From Takakia lepidozioides (Eukaryota; Plantae; Bryophyta), in assembly GCA_030704615.1 (NCBI GenBank), contig CM060734.1, forward strand, positions 49,166,001-49,230,000: 64,000 bases of DNA, given 5' to 3'. Position numbers and translations under genes: made by a program. This document shows positions 13,555 to 26,222 of this stretch, piece after piece (the stretch's first letter is position 1; each line of letters begins with the position of its first letter). Under the pieces are notes generated by a model. It was not told where the DNA came from. It was given only the letters and a program-made list of their open reading frames with translations, and did not search any database.

Positions 13555-14859
13555 CTATAGCTCTTTTTCAATAATATCACGAATGACGTGTGATGGGAGC
13601 AAGCCCTCTGTGCGAATAGCAAGCTTCTCAACGTCCTGACTCACAAACACCATGGTTGGTAGGCCACGAATCTGCAAAAAAGGTCATGTCACATCACTTT
13701 GCAGCAAATTTCTCCCTCCCACGTATTTCTGGATGTGCTGAACACAAATAGACATAGGGATGAGATAGGAAGAACATTACAAACACAGAGGAGTGATCAT
13801 CAGAAGAAACAGAAAGGGAAGAGGCAAACCTCCATTTGGGTGGCAAGCTCGTGCTCCTCATCCGTATCGATTTTGAGAAAGCGTACCCTACTGCCATATT
13901 CAATTGCTAGCTGCAGCAGCAGTCCACAAAATTGCCACATTTATTAGGTGGAAAACGCCACTAGTCTCCTGGCAAGTTTCTCCAATTGTGCCGTGTTCCA
14001 AAGGAAAGTATATATATAATTCATAGAATGAGTGCATCAATCTAGCCCCCTTCCAACCCCAATGTTGGCCCATCATCAGCCTGTGAAGGAATGCAGCATC
14101 GCAGCCAGCCAAGTGGTTCCCTATGAACAACAGCATCACCAAAGCAGCAAAACAGCAAAATGATGCCAACCAGTACTGCCCCATGTTCCAACAACGCCAA
14201 GCATTCAAACAGCCGGAGAGTCTACTTGCTGGATGCCCGAAGGGTGACGATGAAAACGCAAAACCACACACCTTCTCAAGTTCTTGAGCCAATAGAATGC
14301 AGGGGCCGCACCATGTTGCATAAAAATCCACCACCATGGGAGACGGACGGTCACCAGCCAAAATCTCGTCGAGTTCCCGTGCTGTCACCTTCTGCTGCTT
14401 CCCCACCAGCCACCGCAAACCACTCTTAAAGTCTACACACATACTTGCCACCACGTGACCACAATCCCTACTACCACCAAAAAGGAAACACAAAGACAAT
14501 GCTCTTGTCAGAACAGCCGCACAACAGTGGTCAAACCCACATTGCAAACGAGCATCACAAGCCTCATATAAACACCCGATCACCATCCCAGCTGAATGAA
14601 AAAATGGGAAGCATACCACCAGAGCAGCCCGTGCAGAGGAAGCGGACGTCCTTTTATCCGAGACTGCAATGCAAGCCAATCTTCTGACAGCAATTCCCCT
14701 AAAACTCGAGCGCGGCACAACACGCACTGCGTCCCCCCCACTTCGCTGCCACACTCCATCTCTCCTGCCCCAAGTGTCGGCTCTCTGCATCACCTCTCCA
14801 TCCGCCACTCTCGCTGAGGGAGCACGGCAGGAAGCACCAGCGAAGGACAGAGCGGCCAT
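13555..14859 (-). CDS. TRXz: Plastid thioredoxin z (CITRX-like); exon 1 from 14859 (3' boundary uncertain), then ~14394-14272, 13910-13830, 13671-13555
   Basis: VDFYATWCGPCILLAQELE, LAIEYG..FLKIDTDEE, IRGLPT..AIRTEGLLP are characteristic of Trx z; GT-AG boundaries keep frame. Confidence 0.88.
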
Positions 14860-15226
14860 GCCCGTCAATCCTTCCGAGCTTCCCTCCCTCCCAACTCTGC
14901 TTCACAAATTTGCAATCCCTTCACTCCAAAACTCTGAGCTTCGGTATGCTTACGTGAGTGAGCACGAGAGCAAGATTCCGAATATTCTTTAGCGAAACGG
15001 TAAATTGGAAACTCAAAAACTGCCCGTTTGCTTGTTTTGGAAGGTCCTCAATTTTCCTGCAGGTTCACCATTCTCTGAGAAATGTCGCCGGATCAGAGGA
15101 AGCTGTGTGGTTTCACCTTCCAGAGCTTTTTGTTAGATTGTGGGTGATTGGAGTGATAACTCGGGAAAGGACTGGAGGATTGGTCTGGAAGCGTGTCAAG
15201 TAATCAGAATCTCTGGTCGCACAACC

Positions 15227-15292
15227 ATGTTTGGATCGATGATGGATCCTGACATGATGAGGATTGCTCGGGAGCAGATGAGGCAGCAGCAG
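15227..15292 (+). pseudogene. Orphan first exon resembling the N-terminus of OEP61/TPR7
   Basis: MFGSMMDPDMMRIAREQMRQQQ followed by a GT donor; no further OEP61-like exons recognised downstream. Confidence 0.45.
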
Positions 15293-16920
15293 GTGTGTTC
15301 TTTGTTCTTTCCCCTCAACTGTACGTGTAGAGAGGGATGTGCACACGATATGATTGTATGTGACAACAGATGTCGAACGTTTTTGTTCTACAAGATGGGA
15401 TGTTGCCTTACAAGAACTTTGGAAGTCAGAATCAAGTGTACACCCCTAGAAGCGCTGCTGAATGCATGCAGTTTGCAGTCGTCTTACAGTTGGGGATACC
15501 AGATCAGAGAGAGAGAGAGAGAGATAGGGTTTGTCTTGTCACGACAAGAAAGGATCTGTCTAGATCAGAAAGTTTTTTTTTTTTTTAAACCAAGCCTTGC
15601 ATTGCAAGGCACCATCACCCTTCTCCTAAACCCTTCAAAACCCCCCACCTTTCTTCACAGCAACAGACATCATACTGAACAATATTCGGATTCACTGTAC
15701 TGTCACACTGGGATTTCCAGAAAAAGCCGAAATTCGTGCTTTTTAGCATGTCAATGACGTCTAAGTCAGCCTTAACCTTTACTTAAGCAAACCAGTGTCT
15801 AAGTATAGAGATGAAACCAAGTCTTCCATCATAGCCCAAAAGGGTGTACTTCCATGTCTTGAACAAAGCACACACAGAATTCAAAATGAAACCACTCAGC
15901 TGGGCTGTAGACTGAGATTGATCCAAGTCAAGACAGGTCTTCAGAGCCTTCTGGTAACAGATCCCAAGGGCAGATTACTTCCGTAAAATACTTCCCTCAA
16001 GGAAACCTGAGGCTGGCGTCAAACGCTGTGCCGTTCTTCTTAGGCAGTGGCTGCCTCATGCGATAGGTGATTTCCATCATCTATCCAGTCTACTCTGTAG
16101 CAACTTACACATACAGCTTAGGACCCTCACCTGCACCCGTCCCAAAAACCACCACATCCAACAGAATGTGTGTTAGGATGCGCGAGGTGAGTAGCAGGTC
16201 TTCACGCTTGCTATCACTGTCCAACATTTCTAAGCAAGTGAAAGATTGCAAGAGTAATAGGAAGGTGTGATATTGCACAGAACCTTGAAAGTTTGAGGCA
16301 GACCAGTCTGTGACGCAGCACATATCCGTTCACCAAACAAGAAGTAATTGCAAAGCACAGGTAAGGGCTAAGTGTAACTTCCTATTCGTGTCAACAACTG
16401 AGCCAAAGCATCCCTATAACTGCATAGGAAGCTCGACCAGCATAATGAAGGCTAGGCTGCGCTTAAATCTTGCTAGCCGTAGCCTTGTTGAAAACTCTTG
16501 AAGGCAGCTCGGTGAGCTGTGCACCCGACACTGTTTCAGGTAGCAGCTTAAATTGCAGGGTTAGGGTTCTGAAACCCTAAATTGTAACCAGCACATGGGC
16601 AATAAATCCCACAAGGCCCTAGGCCAGGGAATGAATTTTGCAACAACTGTCTACTTGTCAATTTCAGGACAAACATAGGAAAAATCACTTTATCCCACCT
16701 GAAATATTCTGCCCAAGATCAGAGAGAGAGAGAGAGACGTAGTTACTCTGAGGAGAACGCAGCTTAGGGCTTCAACTGATTCGACTGAGGGGAGACGAGG
16801 GGCGCAGAGACTAGTATGACAGCTTCCTGCATTTAGTGTGGGAATTATATCATCCACACTGCTCTCTGTCTGGAGCCGTAGAGTTGAGTCACTGTACCTT
16901 CTTTCATAATTGTCACTCAA

Positions 16921-19135
16921 TTACCAGTAATCCCCACAAGAACACATTCCGTGCTGGAAATGGTGAAAGTGGTTAGTGTCACGGACAACTACTGCTCGTC
17001 CAACAATCTTCGAGATGAACTTGATGGCAGTGTGACAATCACCACAGACCCGAAGGTTCTTGATGACGCGGATGGCCGTCCCAGAAGGCGTGCTGATGAG
17101 CCCAAAAGCAATGGCTAGCTTCTCACTGTGGTGGCAAAGTGACAATTCCTTCTGCTCATCCTCTGCCTCATGCAATACATAGCGGGTGTCAGGCTGGTAC
17201 GCGGCCTCTTTGATCTGCCTAAACAATCTCTCCAGCTCCGCATGGATTTCCACAACTTGTGGATGCAAGCAATGTGTCTTCTACAACAAATGTATGCACA
17301 TGGTCATTGACCACAATGCAGCTACTCCCCCGGCTCCTTTCTGACACCTCTGTCCTCCATCAATTTCCTAACTTTGGCTTTGTCATCCCACCGGCCAGCT
17401 GCAGCATAGATGTTTGATAGCAGCACACAAGTTCCAGCATGCTGTGGCTCCCACTTGAGAATACATTTTGCTGCACGTTCTGCTAACTCTACATTACCAT
17501 GGATTCTGCAGGCACCAAGCAAGGCCTTCCACACTACAGCACCTGGTTCAACAGGAATTTCAGCAATGAAGGCCTCTGCCTCATACAGTTGCCATGCACG
17601 ACCGAGAAGGTCCACCATGCAGCCAAAATGCTCCACTGTAGGAGTAAGGCCATGATCTTGATTCATGCACTCAAAGTAGTGACGCCCTTCCTCAACTAGG
17701 CCTGCATGGCTACATGCAGAGAGAAGAGATGTGACGGTAGTATTGTTTGGCTTCAAGCCTTCCTGTTGCATTTGTTCAAATAGTTGCAGGGCCTCCCTAC
17801 CCCACCCATGTTGGGCAGACCCTATGATCATCACACTCCATGAGAGTGAGTCTCGTTCAGCCATATTGTCAAACATTTGACGAGCATCAATCATGCTACC
17901 ACATTTGCAATACATATCAACAAGAGCAGTCTCCAAGTTAACATATGATGCAATTCCAGCTTTGATGATGTCAGAATGGACCTCTTTGCCCTCTAAGGCT
18001 GCCAGGCTGGCACATGCATTGAGAATAGAAATGAACGTAACCCTGTCTGGCGTCACTCTTTTCTGTTACATTTGCTCGTAGATCTCGAAAGCCTCCCTAC
18101 TCCACCCGTGCTGTACATATCCTGCCATCATGGCATTCCATGAGATCACATTCCGTTCAGCCATATTGTCAAATACTTGTCGCGCTTCCTTTAGGTTACC
18201 ACATTTGGCATACATGTCAGCAAGGACAGTCTCCAGAATGATGTCTCGCGCAATCACAGCTTTCATGATATCAGCATGGACCTCTTTGCCATTTTTCAGG
18301 GCACCTAGGCTGGCACACACATTGAGAATGGAAATGAATGTTACTTTGTCAGGTGTCACCCCTTCCTCTATCATTTTCTCATAAACCTGGAAAGCCTCCC
18401 TAGCATAACCATGCTGGGCATAACCTGCGATCATTGCACTCCATGAGACAACATTTCGTTGAGCCATATTGTCGGAAACTTGACGTGCATCGTTTACGCT
18501 ACCGCATTTGGCATACATGTCAGCAAGCGCAGTCTCCAGAACTACATCTGATGCAATCCCAACTTTCACAATGTCAGCATGGACCTCTTTGCCCTTTTCC
18601 AAGGTTCCTAGGCTGGCACATGCATTGAGAATGCAGACGAATGTGACCTTGTTAGGTGCAACCCCTTCCTGTTGCATTTTAGCGTAGATCTCGAACGCCT
18701 CCCTACCACACCCATGCTTGGCATATCCTGCTACCATTATAGTCCACATAAACAAATTCCGTTCTGGCATACCACGCTTCCACACTTGGCATACATGTTG
18801 ACAAGGGTGTTGAGTAGAAAGAGGTTTGGCTTCAATCCGCTTTGGAGAATGTGGGCATGCACCTGCTTTCCCTCTGCAATGCTTTTCAGATTGATGCACT
18901 CCTGCAAGACAAAGACATAAGTACTGGAGTCTGCCTCAATGCCCCATTGCTTCAAAAGGAGCAGTGCCTATTTCAGTCGCCCTGCCCTACAAAGAGTCCT
19001 CACTTCCGCACTAGTACCAGAACATTTTTTGTCAACTCCCTCTCTTGGTCCTCTTTCGAAAGGGATGGCGGAGAAGCTACCCCTGCCACCAGTCTGAAGT
19101 CCAACAAATAATTTTGTCTGATTCAACTCTGCCAT
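16921..19135 (-). pseudogene. PLS-class PPR protein with E/DYW deaminase domain, disrupted
   Basis: P-L-S repeats (PDKVTFISILNAC, DMYAKCG, NVVSW), E domain, HSEKLA, CGDCH and terminal CGDYW; in-frame stops (~18968, 18066) and frameshifts (~18775, ~17300). Confidence 0.9.
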
Positions 19136-19759
19136 CCTGCATGACTCAACTTTAGTTACAAACCTTTATGCTCAATTCACATATCAGCTCCTATATATTT
19201 AAAGAGAGATCTCTTCATGGGAAATTTTCTTGCTACATACTAACAGGATTACAAAACTACCAAGTCATCGACTTTGAGAAAAAGCTGTACACAAGTATGT
19301 CTATTTGAGTTGGCACCCTTGAATCATCATCATCTACAATACCTGTGAAATTCTCGGCGTGGAGCTGGATGGTGTACATTGACATTAGAACCATCACCAG
19401 ATCGTGCTTGAACTTCTATGATAGCAGCTAGCCCTGTTTTCACCCCAGAAGGGCTTAACCACCTCTCAATCCAAAGGATCTTCTGGGCACAATTCCCTCT
19501 GAAGTCTGATGTTCTTGGACTCTTCTGTAAAATCCACCAGTGGGCAGATGGAGCAACCATAGCTTCAACCACAGCCTTGCACAAACCATGCTACAACCAC
19601 CAAAGTTCCAAGCGGATGATATTTGAGAAACTGGAGAAACAATCCAGTCCACAACCAAGCACTCATCAGAGGGTGAAAAGGGTGAAAAATCCCCACATGC
19701 AATCACTCGATTTTATGCAATCACTGAATTTAACAAAAACTTGTTCCAGCTATAGTTTG

Positions 19760-21860
19760 TGAGATGTGGAGCTAAGGTGGCCAAAGTTCTTGGTAACATT
19801 CCTGACTGCTATAGTCACTTCCATTCATCTTGGGACAGCACCATCGCTACAGAGAAGACTCTGAACAATCTGCTGATTCGCCTGGTTCGGGAGGAGATAC
19901 GCATGAAGGACATCCAAGAACGAGAGCTGCAGAGCTCGCCAGCAACAGCATATGTCGCAAGGGCTCAAGGCAAGACTGGAGCAGAGCGCGCAAGCATGAC
20001 GTATGAACAGCGCCAGCAGCGCCGTAAAGAGATAAACGATAAGAAGATAACCACGGAGTGTTGGAAGTGTGGTAAGACAGGGCATTGGGCTAGGGAGTGC
20101 TCCGATGGAGACGATAAGAAGGACAAGAAGCCTGCGACAACATCCTCCAAGGAGTCGTCGGCTGCCAAAGATTCCAAGAACTCACACAGGGCGTACATGG
20201 CGACCGAAGGAGAATTTATCGATTGCCAGTCCTGGATCGCAGACAGTGGCTGTACCGATCATATGACAGACAAACGCTTCTGGTTTGTTGACTACAAAGA
20301 CATCTCTGCCGATCGCAGACATGTTCAAGGTATCGGTAACACTCTTGCTCCTCGTTTCTGGCATTGGAAGCATAAATATTCGCACGTTCAATGGTCACAA
20401 CTGGGACACAGCGGTTCTACATAACGTTATGCACGTGCCAGACATTGGTAGAATCCTGTTTTCAGTTTACTAGGCAGCCCTGCTCAACATGAAAACCGTA
20501 CATTCTAGAACTGGTTGTAAGCTCATGCAAGGAGGAGAGACGCTCATTGAAGGTGTCGTAGAAGGAACCATGTACAGACTGCTCATTGAAACCATAGTTC
20601 CGGCCCATGGAGCTTTTGTCGCCAATACCTTTGGCACCAAGACCAATAAGGGAGCCACACAGAGCATTGACCTGTGGCATCAACGGTTGTGTCACATCAA
20701 CCACGCCCTGATCAGGAAGATGGCGTCCGAAGACCTTGTAGACGGTCTGATCCTTAGTGGAAATAGCCAGCACCACAGCTTCTGCCCAGGTTGCGCTTTT
20801 GGCAAGATACATCGCAGTTCTTTTCCATGGAAAGAAGACCGAGAGAAAGTAGCCACAGTCGGACACCTGATACATGCAGATGTTGCCCGATGAACGTGAA
20901 GACCGTTGGAGGAGCATCATACTTTGTCTTATTCAAAGACGACCACTCTCATTACCGAGTTGCCTACATCCTCAAAAACAAGTCAACTCATGCCTGAAGA
21001 AATTTGCAACAATGCTTTACAGGGAGACTGGGCATAACATCAAGGTCTTGCGTTAAGACCGAGGAGGAGAATTCACAAGCACCGCAGTTCGCAAATATCT
21101 CGAGGATAATGGGATAGAACAACAGCTCACATGCCCCTATACGCCAGAGCAGAATGGCTCAGCAGAAAGGGAAAACCGCACGGTTTTAGAAGCTGCCAGG
21201 AGCATGTTATATGCGGGGGACATTCACTTACGGTTTTGGGGAGAGGCCGTTGCATATGCGGTTTATACATTAAATCGCACAAGCAGCAGCACGCTAGAAG
21301 GGATCACACCATTTGAGGCATGGCATGGTGTCAGGCCCTCAGCTGCACACATGAGAATATTTGGTGCCGACGCATATGTGCACGTTCCCGGTGAGCTTCG
21401 CAAAAAGCTAGATCCCAAAGCGAAGAAAGGGCTTCTCATGGGATACAGCACGGTTAGCAAAGCTTACCGAATTTGGAGGCATCATGGAAAGCAGGGATAT
21501 CATGTTTTGACGAAGAGAGCATGTCATGCGTTGCCAGCGAGCAAGAGCGGAAGACAGCCGCAGGACCATCTGACAGCATTGTACTGCTACTTATTCAAGG
21601 AGAATCTAGTAATTTTGGCTCAAATACACTTCTGTCTACTCCAGAGCCGCTATCCACACCAATGGATCCACCCGTAGACCCTTGTGATAGTGAGCCAACT
21701 GGAGACGTTGGCAACTCAGATTCTGGCATAGAAGGATCCCATCATGACGACAGGCTTGCGTCTTGGGGAGACATAATCACTGACTTTCTAATACCGTCAG
21801 CAGATTGGCCAGAGCAGCCGCCATATACCGAATCTCAATCGCCGAGAGTTCTAGTTCTTT
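19760..21860 (+). mobile_element. Ty1/Copia internal fragment (gag knuckle, protease, GAG-pre-integrase, integrase); no RT or LTR visible
   Basis: CWKCGKTGHWAREC; WIADSGCTDHM; LWHQRLCH..CPGC; CPYTPEQNGSAERENRT; FWGEAV; LDPKAKKGLLMGY; multiple frameshifts. Confidence 0.9.
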
Positions 21861-21912
21861 AAGCCCAAGCAGTGTATCGCGGCCCTTCATCTTGAGGGCG
21901 GGGGGGGGGGGG

Positions 21913-22597
21913 TGTCGGGACACAAGATGGGGTGTCCCTGTACTGGTGGGGGCAGTGGCAACAATAGATACGGGGGCTGAAGCACCCTTGAGTGCCTTGG
22001 CGGAGGCGCTCACTAGGTGGAGCCCCGCACACCGGGTTGCGGTGGGGGTGGCTCCACAAGGGGTGGTGGTAGCTTAGTAGGACTTAGTGGGGGTGGCATA
22101 GGACTCACCATGGGGCAGAGACCTTGTGGTGGAAGTCGTGGAGAGTCTTGGGACTCATCACGGTCCAATGGGGCCGTGGTGGGTGGGCCAAGACTCACCG
22201 CGACTCATCACCGGGAATCGAGAGTCTTCGTGGTGGTTCGCCATAAAATGGCATGGTTGTTTGTGGAACCCCCCGGACAGTCACAGAAGTATATATAGGG
22301 AGTAGTAACCCCGAGAACGGTGCAAGCCCGTTGGTGACCAAAAACTAGTGAGTAAGCGTGCGAGCCGGAAAGCGAATAAGGAGTGGGGAGCTATTCCAGA
22401 CTGCCATCTACCAAAGGGAATTTCCACTAGGCCCAAATTGAGAGAGGGTCTTGTGGAGGAACAAAGGGGGACAGTTATGTCCCGGTGAGCAGCCGAAGCT
22501 CCGAGTTGGCTTGGCGGCCAGTTTGAAAATTAGGCGCGCACATCAAAGCGAGTAACTATGACTTGAAGGGGAGCTTACCGAAGTGAGGTGCGCGACA
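21913..22597 (+). repeat. LTR of a Ty3/Gypsy element
   Basis: Starts TGTCG directly after a G-rich polypurine tract (21895-21912), ends CGACA, and is followed by the tRNA-iMet PBS TGGTATCAGAGC (22600-22611); TATA-like TATATA near 22290. Confidence 0.8.
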
Positions 22598-23595
22598 CTT
22601 GGTATCAGAGCTTAGAATTCAGTACGCGATCGTCCTTGAGATCGGCCTCATCATAGGGTCGGGCAAGCCAAAGCGAAAGCGGAACGGGTCGAAAGATGAT
22701 GATCATGGTGAGCCCGGTGGGGGCGACGTGTCACCGAAGCGGCAATTTGAGGAGGCAATTCATGCTTTTGAAAGCGAGGCCGCTCAAGAATGGGAGAAAT
22801 CTGGGGAGTTGAAGCCCGAGGACTTCCCGGAGGCTCCGGCAGACCAACAGATGCCTCACATGCCAGCAGCCTTTTAGGAAGGGTTGTTGGCGCAGTTTGG
22901 CAGGACGTTGAAAGACGTGTTGAGGGCGGCTAATGCCACTTCCACTAAGGCAAAGTTTAAGGTGAAACCTAAGGAACCTGGCACCTTCGAGGTCGTCCGA
23001 AATCGGAAGACACTCAACACCTGGCTCTTGGAGCTGGAGCAATAGTTTCGGGCGGCCAAGTTGAGTGACGAGGATCAGGTGGAAGTAGCTCCCACCTATT
23101 TGAGGGGCTATACTCAACAATGGTGGCAGAAACGCCTTCATGATCAAGGTCCAAACCCGGAAACCTTGAACTGGAGTGGGTTCAAGGAACTTATGAAAAA
23201 ACAATTTGTTCCCATCAACGCGTCCTGGCTTGCTCGAGACAAGATAATGAATTTGAAGCAAACGGATGACATTCGGGGATATGTTCAGGCTTTCAATGTG
23301 CTGTTGCTCGAAGTCGCGGATATGGCGGAACCAGAAATGGCCTTCAACTTTGTGGCGGGACTGGTCCCATGGGCCAGACGGAAGTTGGAGGAGAAGCCAC
23401 CTAAGACTTTGAACGAGACAATTGAAAGGGCCGAATATTTCTCGGATGTCCCTAGGGGCGAAAGACAAGGTCGTACGGAGCTGAACCATAAGAAGACTCG
23501 GCGGGAGGGTGACTCCTTCCGACCGGAAAATGAGTTCTTGGTGGCCTTTTGGGCTCACCAACACACCCGCGACTTTTAGCACGCTAATGAACAGC
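22598..23595 (+). mobile_element. Ty3/Gypsy internal remnant: gag plus a short RT piece after an internal deletion
   Basis: Retrotrans_gag-like YLRG..QWW..WSGFKELMKKQF..LKQT..YVQAF; then the RT motif PFGLTNTPATFSTLMN at ~23545-23592. Confidence 0.85.
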
Positions 23596-23609
23596 TTCGT
23601 GAGCTGTTG

Positions 23610-25260
23610 CTATTCACCTTTATACTGTATCTCAAGCGGGTCGAGTAGCTTTCCCTGCTCCCAATTTTTTAAAACATCTTCCCAGATCTTCCAAACATCG
23701 TCGTCGCAAAGTACCAGGACCATTGCCTCCTTAATGCTACCCATTTCAAGTATCAAATGACAGGCAAACATGAACTCCTGCACATTCATCCACGGAAAAA
23801 TTAGGTGTCACTCCGACAACAAAAGTATTATTTAGCACAAAATGAATGTGAATAGTAGTTTTTTATTCCATAAATGCATACCTTCCATTGTTTCGTCTCG
23901 GACTTGGTGGTGTGATCGTTGTATTTCTTTGGCTTCCCTCTCATGTTGAATAACATTCGCACATGTGCAATTTTCTCCGGCATTGTTGTATCAAACGTTT
24001 GCGCCTTATTGGGATCGTTGAGGAGCTTTGACAACTTCAGGAGCATTTGTTCATCGGTAGACCATACAATCTTTGCAAGCCACTCCCGGTAGTACTCCTT
24101 CAGTTCGTTGTTGGCAAGATCCTCGAGAAGTTCCTGCTACAAATAATATAAAATGGGTGAGAGAGTTGAAAATGTAGGGACATATCTAATTTTGTTGTTC
24201 AACACCAATCTCCACTGCCCAGTGGAGGTTCGTTAAAAGAGAGGTCTGGGTGGAAGTGAAGTCCATTACCTTTGCTGCCACGATGGTGTGTTGTCCACCT
24301 ATGACGAAGAACCTGGATACGTCCATTTCCTTCCATTGCTTCGGTCGCGATGAAGTAATCTTCTCGGGATTGGAAAGGTTGATTAGCGTGAGATACACCG
24401 GATGTTTGGAGTCGAACAAATGAAGCTGGAATAGTCGCGCTTTCACTTCGTCCTTATGCTTGATATTTATCGGCCTGTAAACCATGCTCCTTGGAGCTAG
24501 TTCCATCATAGAAACGTTCACAAGGAAGGTACTCTCAAATCCGAATGGAAATACGTCATTGTATTCCTTCGTGAGCCTCTCCTCCATCTTCTCGCATTTT
24601 TCCTTGTCGAAAATCTCCCCAGCTTTAGGTCTCTTGTTATCTGACATCAATGTTGGATCCTGATCCTCCTTCTGTTTAATCTTTCCTGCGGAAATCCCGG
24701 CCTCATTGTCATCATTGCTGGCTGTCGACGACTTGCGTTTTCCCCTCTTCGGCTTTGATACTTCCTCTAGTGCTCGTTTCTTGCGAATGTCGTTCCCCAT
24801 TACGTGCAGAAGATCTAGAAAAATACTCCAAGCCCTCGACAAACCTACGTCAGTAAATACTGAGCCCTCGTCTGGAAATCTAAAACCCATTGCAATGCAT
24901 TCACTCATCAACGACTTGTTCAGACGACCCACCTCCACTTTGAAACCAAACGTCATAGGGGTTCTCGCATCCTCATGCAGGAACAAAACCAACATCGGGT
25001 TTTCCTCTTCAGATTCAAGCTCTATATCGAGAGCTTCTGCGTATTTTAAGTCTGTTATTACTCCAAGACTTCTGTAATGAAAAGATAGTTTGTGATCAGG
25101 AGGTGTACCGACAGGCACGATTCCCCAATCTGTCACCTCTGGGTTAATCAAAAATTGCGGTATGCTCAGTTTTGAAATGTAAGGACTTCCGGCATATGAA
25201 TGCGCCACAAATCTCTCCAATCAATCCCGGGACGCAATCTGGTGGTGTAGGATGTCTTCT
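23610..25260 (-). CDS. Transposon-associated spliced gene with a ParB/Srx-like domain; exons ~25260-24270, 24136-23882, 23777-~23610
   Basis: 344-aa ORF plus two in-frame GT-AG exons; motif YRPINIKHKDEVK...FFVIGGQHTIVAAK...WLAKIVWS...LSKLLN fits the ParB/Srx G.H[RT]..A pattern; basic NLS-like KPKRGKRK. Confidence 0.55.
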
Positions 25261-25580
25261 GTTACAACCAAACACAAATTCATTAGATAATCAAATAACA
25301 AGATCTCTCTTACTAGCATCCATCATTCCAGAAATAAGGACCTCCACTGGACAGTGGAGGTTCGTATGTACGAGGCTTTCTACATGAAATGGGAAATCCT
25401 TCATATTTTACAGATATTGTAGAAAAAAACTTTAATGAAAATGAGGCTCAGGAGCCATTGAGTACATCATCCTGAAACAGGACAAATCTACAATAGAAAT
25501 CTTCGAACCTAATTCGTCCAAAAATTACTCAGGGACTTCTCGCACTATATTCAGACCATTCTATATTATATACCCAAGAA

Positions 25581-26222
25581 CTACAAAATGCTCCTTTTGA
25601 TCTCTCTGAGTGTATCAGGCGAATAGTCTGAAGGGGTATATTTTGGGGATCCGGTGATACTTTCAGGAGACGCAGGGGAGTATCCTGGAGATCCGGAGAC
25701 GTCCAGGAGTTCCAAGACTCCCTGTCTCGTTGCAGTGTCCAAGGAGAAGTTTGGAGGGTAATATCTTGCAGATCCTATTGTGGATTCAGGAGATGCTGGC
25801 AAGTAACCCGGAGATGCGGGATATCCAAAAACGGTCACTCGTATCGCCGCCAATGTGTCCGGGGAATAGTCTGGAGGGGTGTATGTTGGATAATCTTGGG
25901 AGTAGGCAGGAGATCCGTTGACATCATTGTTTACATGAATGCTTTCTCTTATTTCCGCCAGGGTATACTTGGAGATGTCTTCAGGTGTATTGTTGGGAGA
26001 TTCGGATGCGTTCCGCGAGGATTATACAGTCACATTTTTGTCAATCCCAGACACTTTGTTCGGCTCGGTAGACCCCCAATCTGGTTCCGAAACACCATGT
26101 TTTTGATCTGGATGGTCCGCTTCCATCACGTCTACCGAACACCGTCTCTTGCTCCAATTTAAGCTGACGGTCTTGTACTCATCATCAGACACCGGTTCCC
26201 CACCCTCACTCCTCTTTCTCAT
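25581..26222 (-). pseudogene. ORF with Ser/Pro/Tyr-rich repeats, one in-frame stop at 26022-26024
   Basis: ORFs 26222-26022 and 25853-25581 share a frame; repeats SPGYSPASPES, SPGYLPASPES, YTPPDYSPDTL, YTPSDYSPDTL. Confidence 0.5.

Noticed and set aside
16557-16580. Inverted telomere-like repeats
   Set aside because: Too short; consistent with common telobox-type motifs.
22731-23582. 283-aa minus-strand ORF
   Set aside because: Antisense shadow of Gypsy gag.
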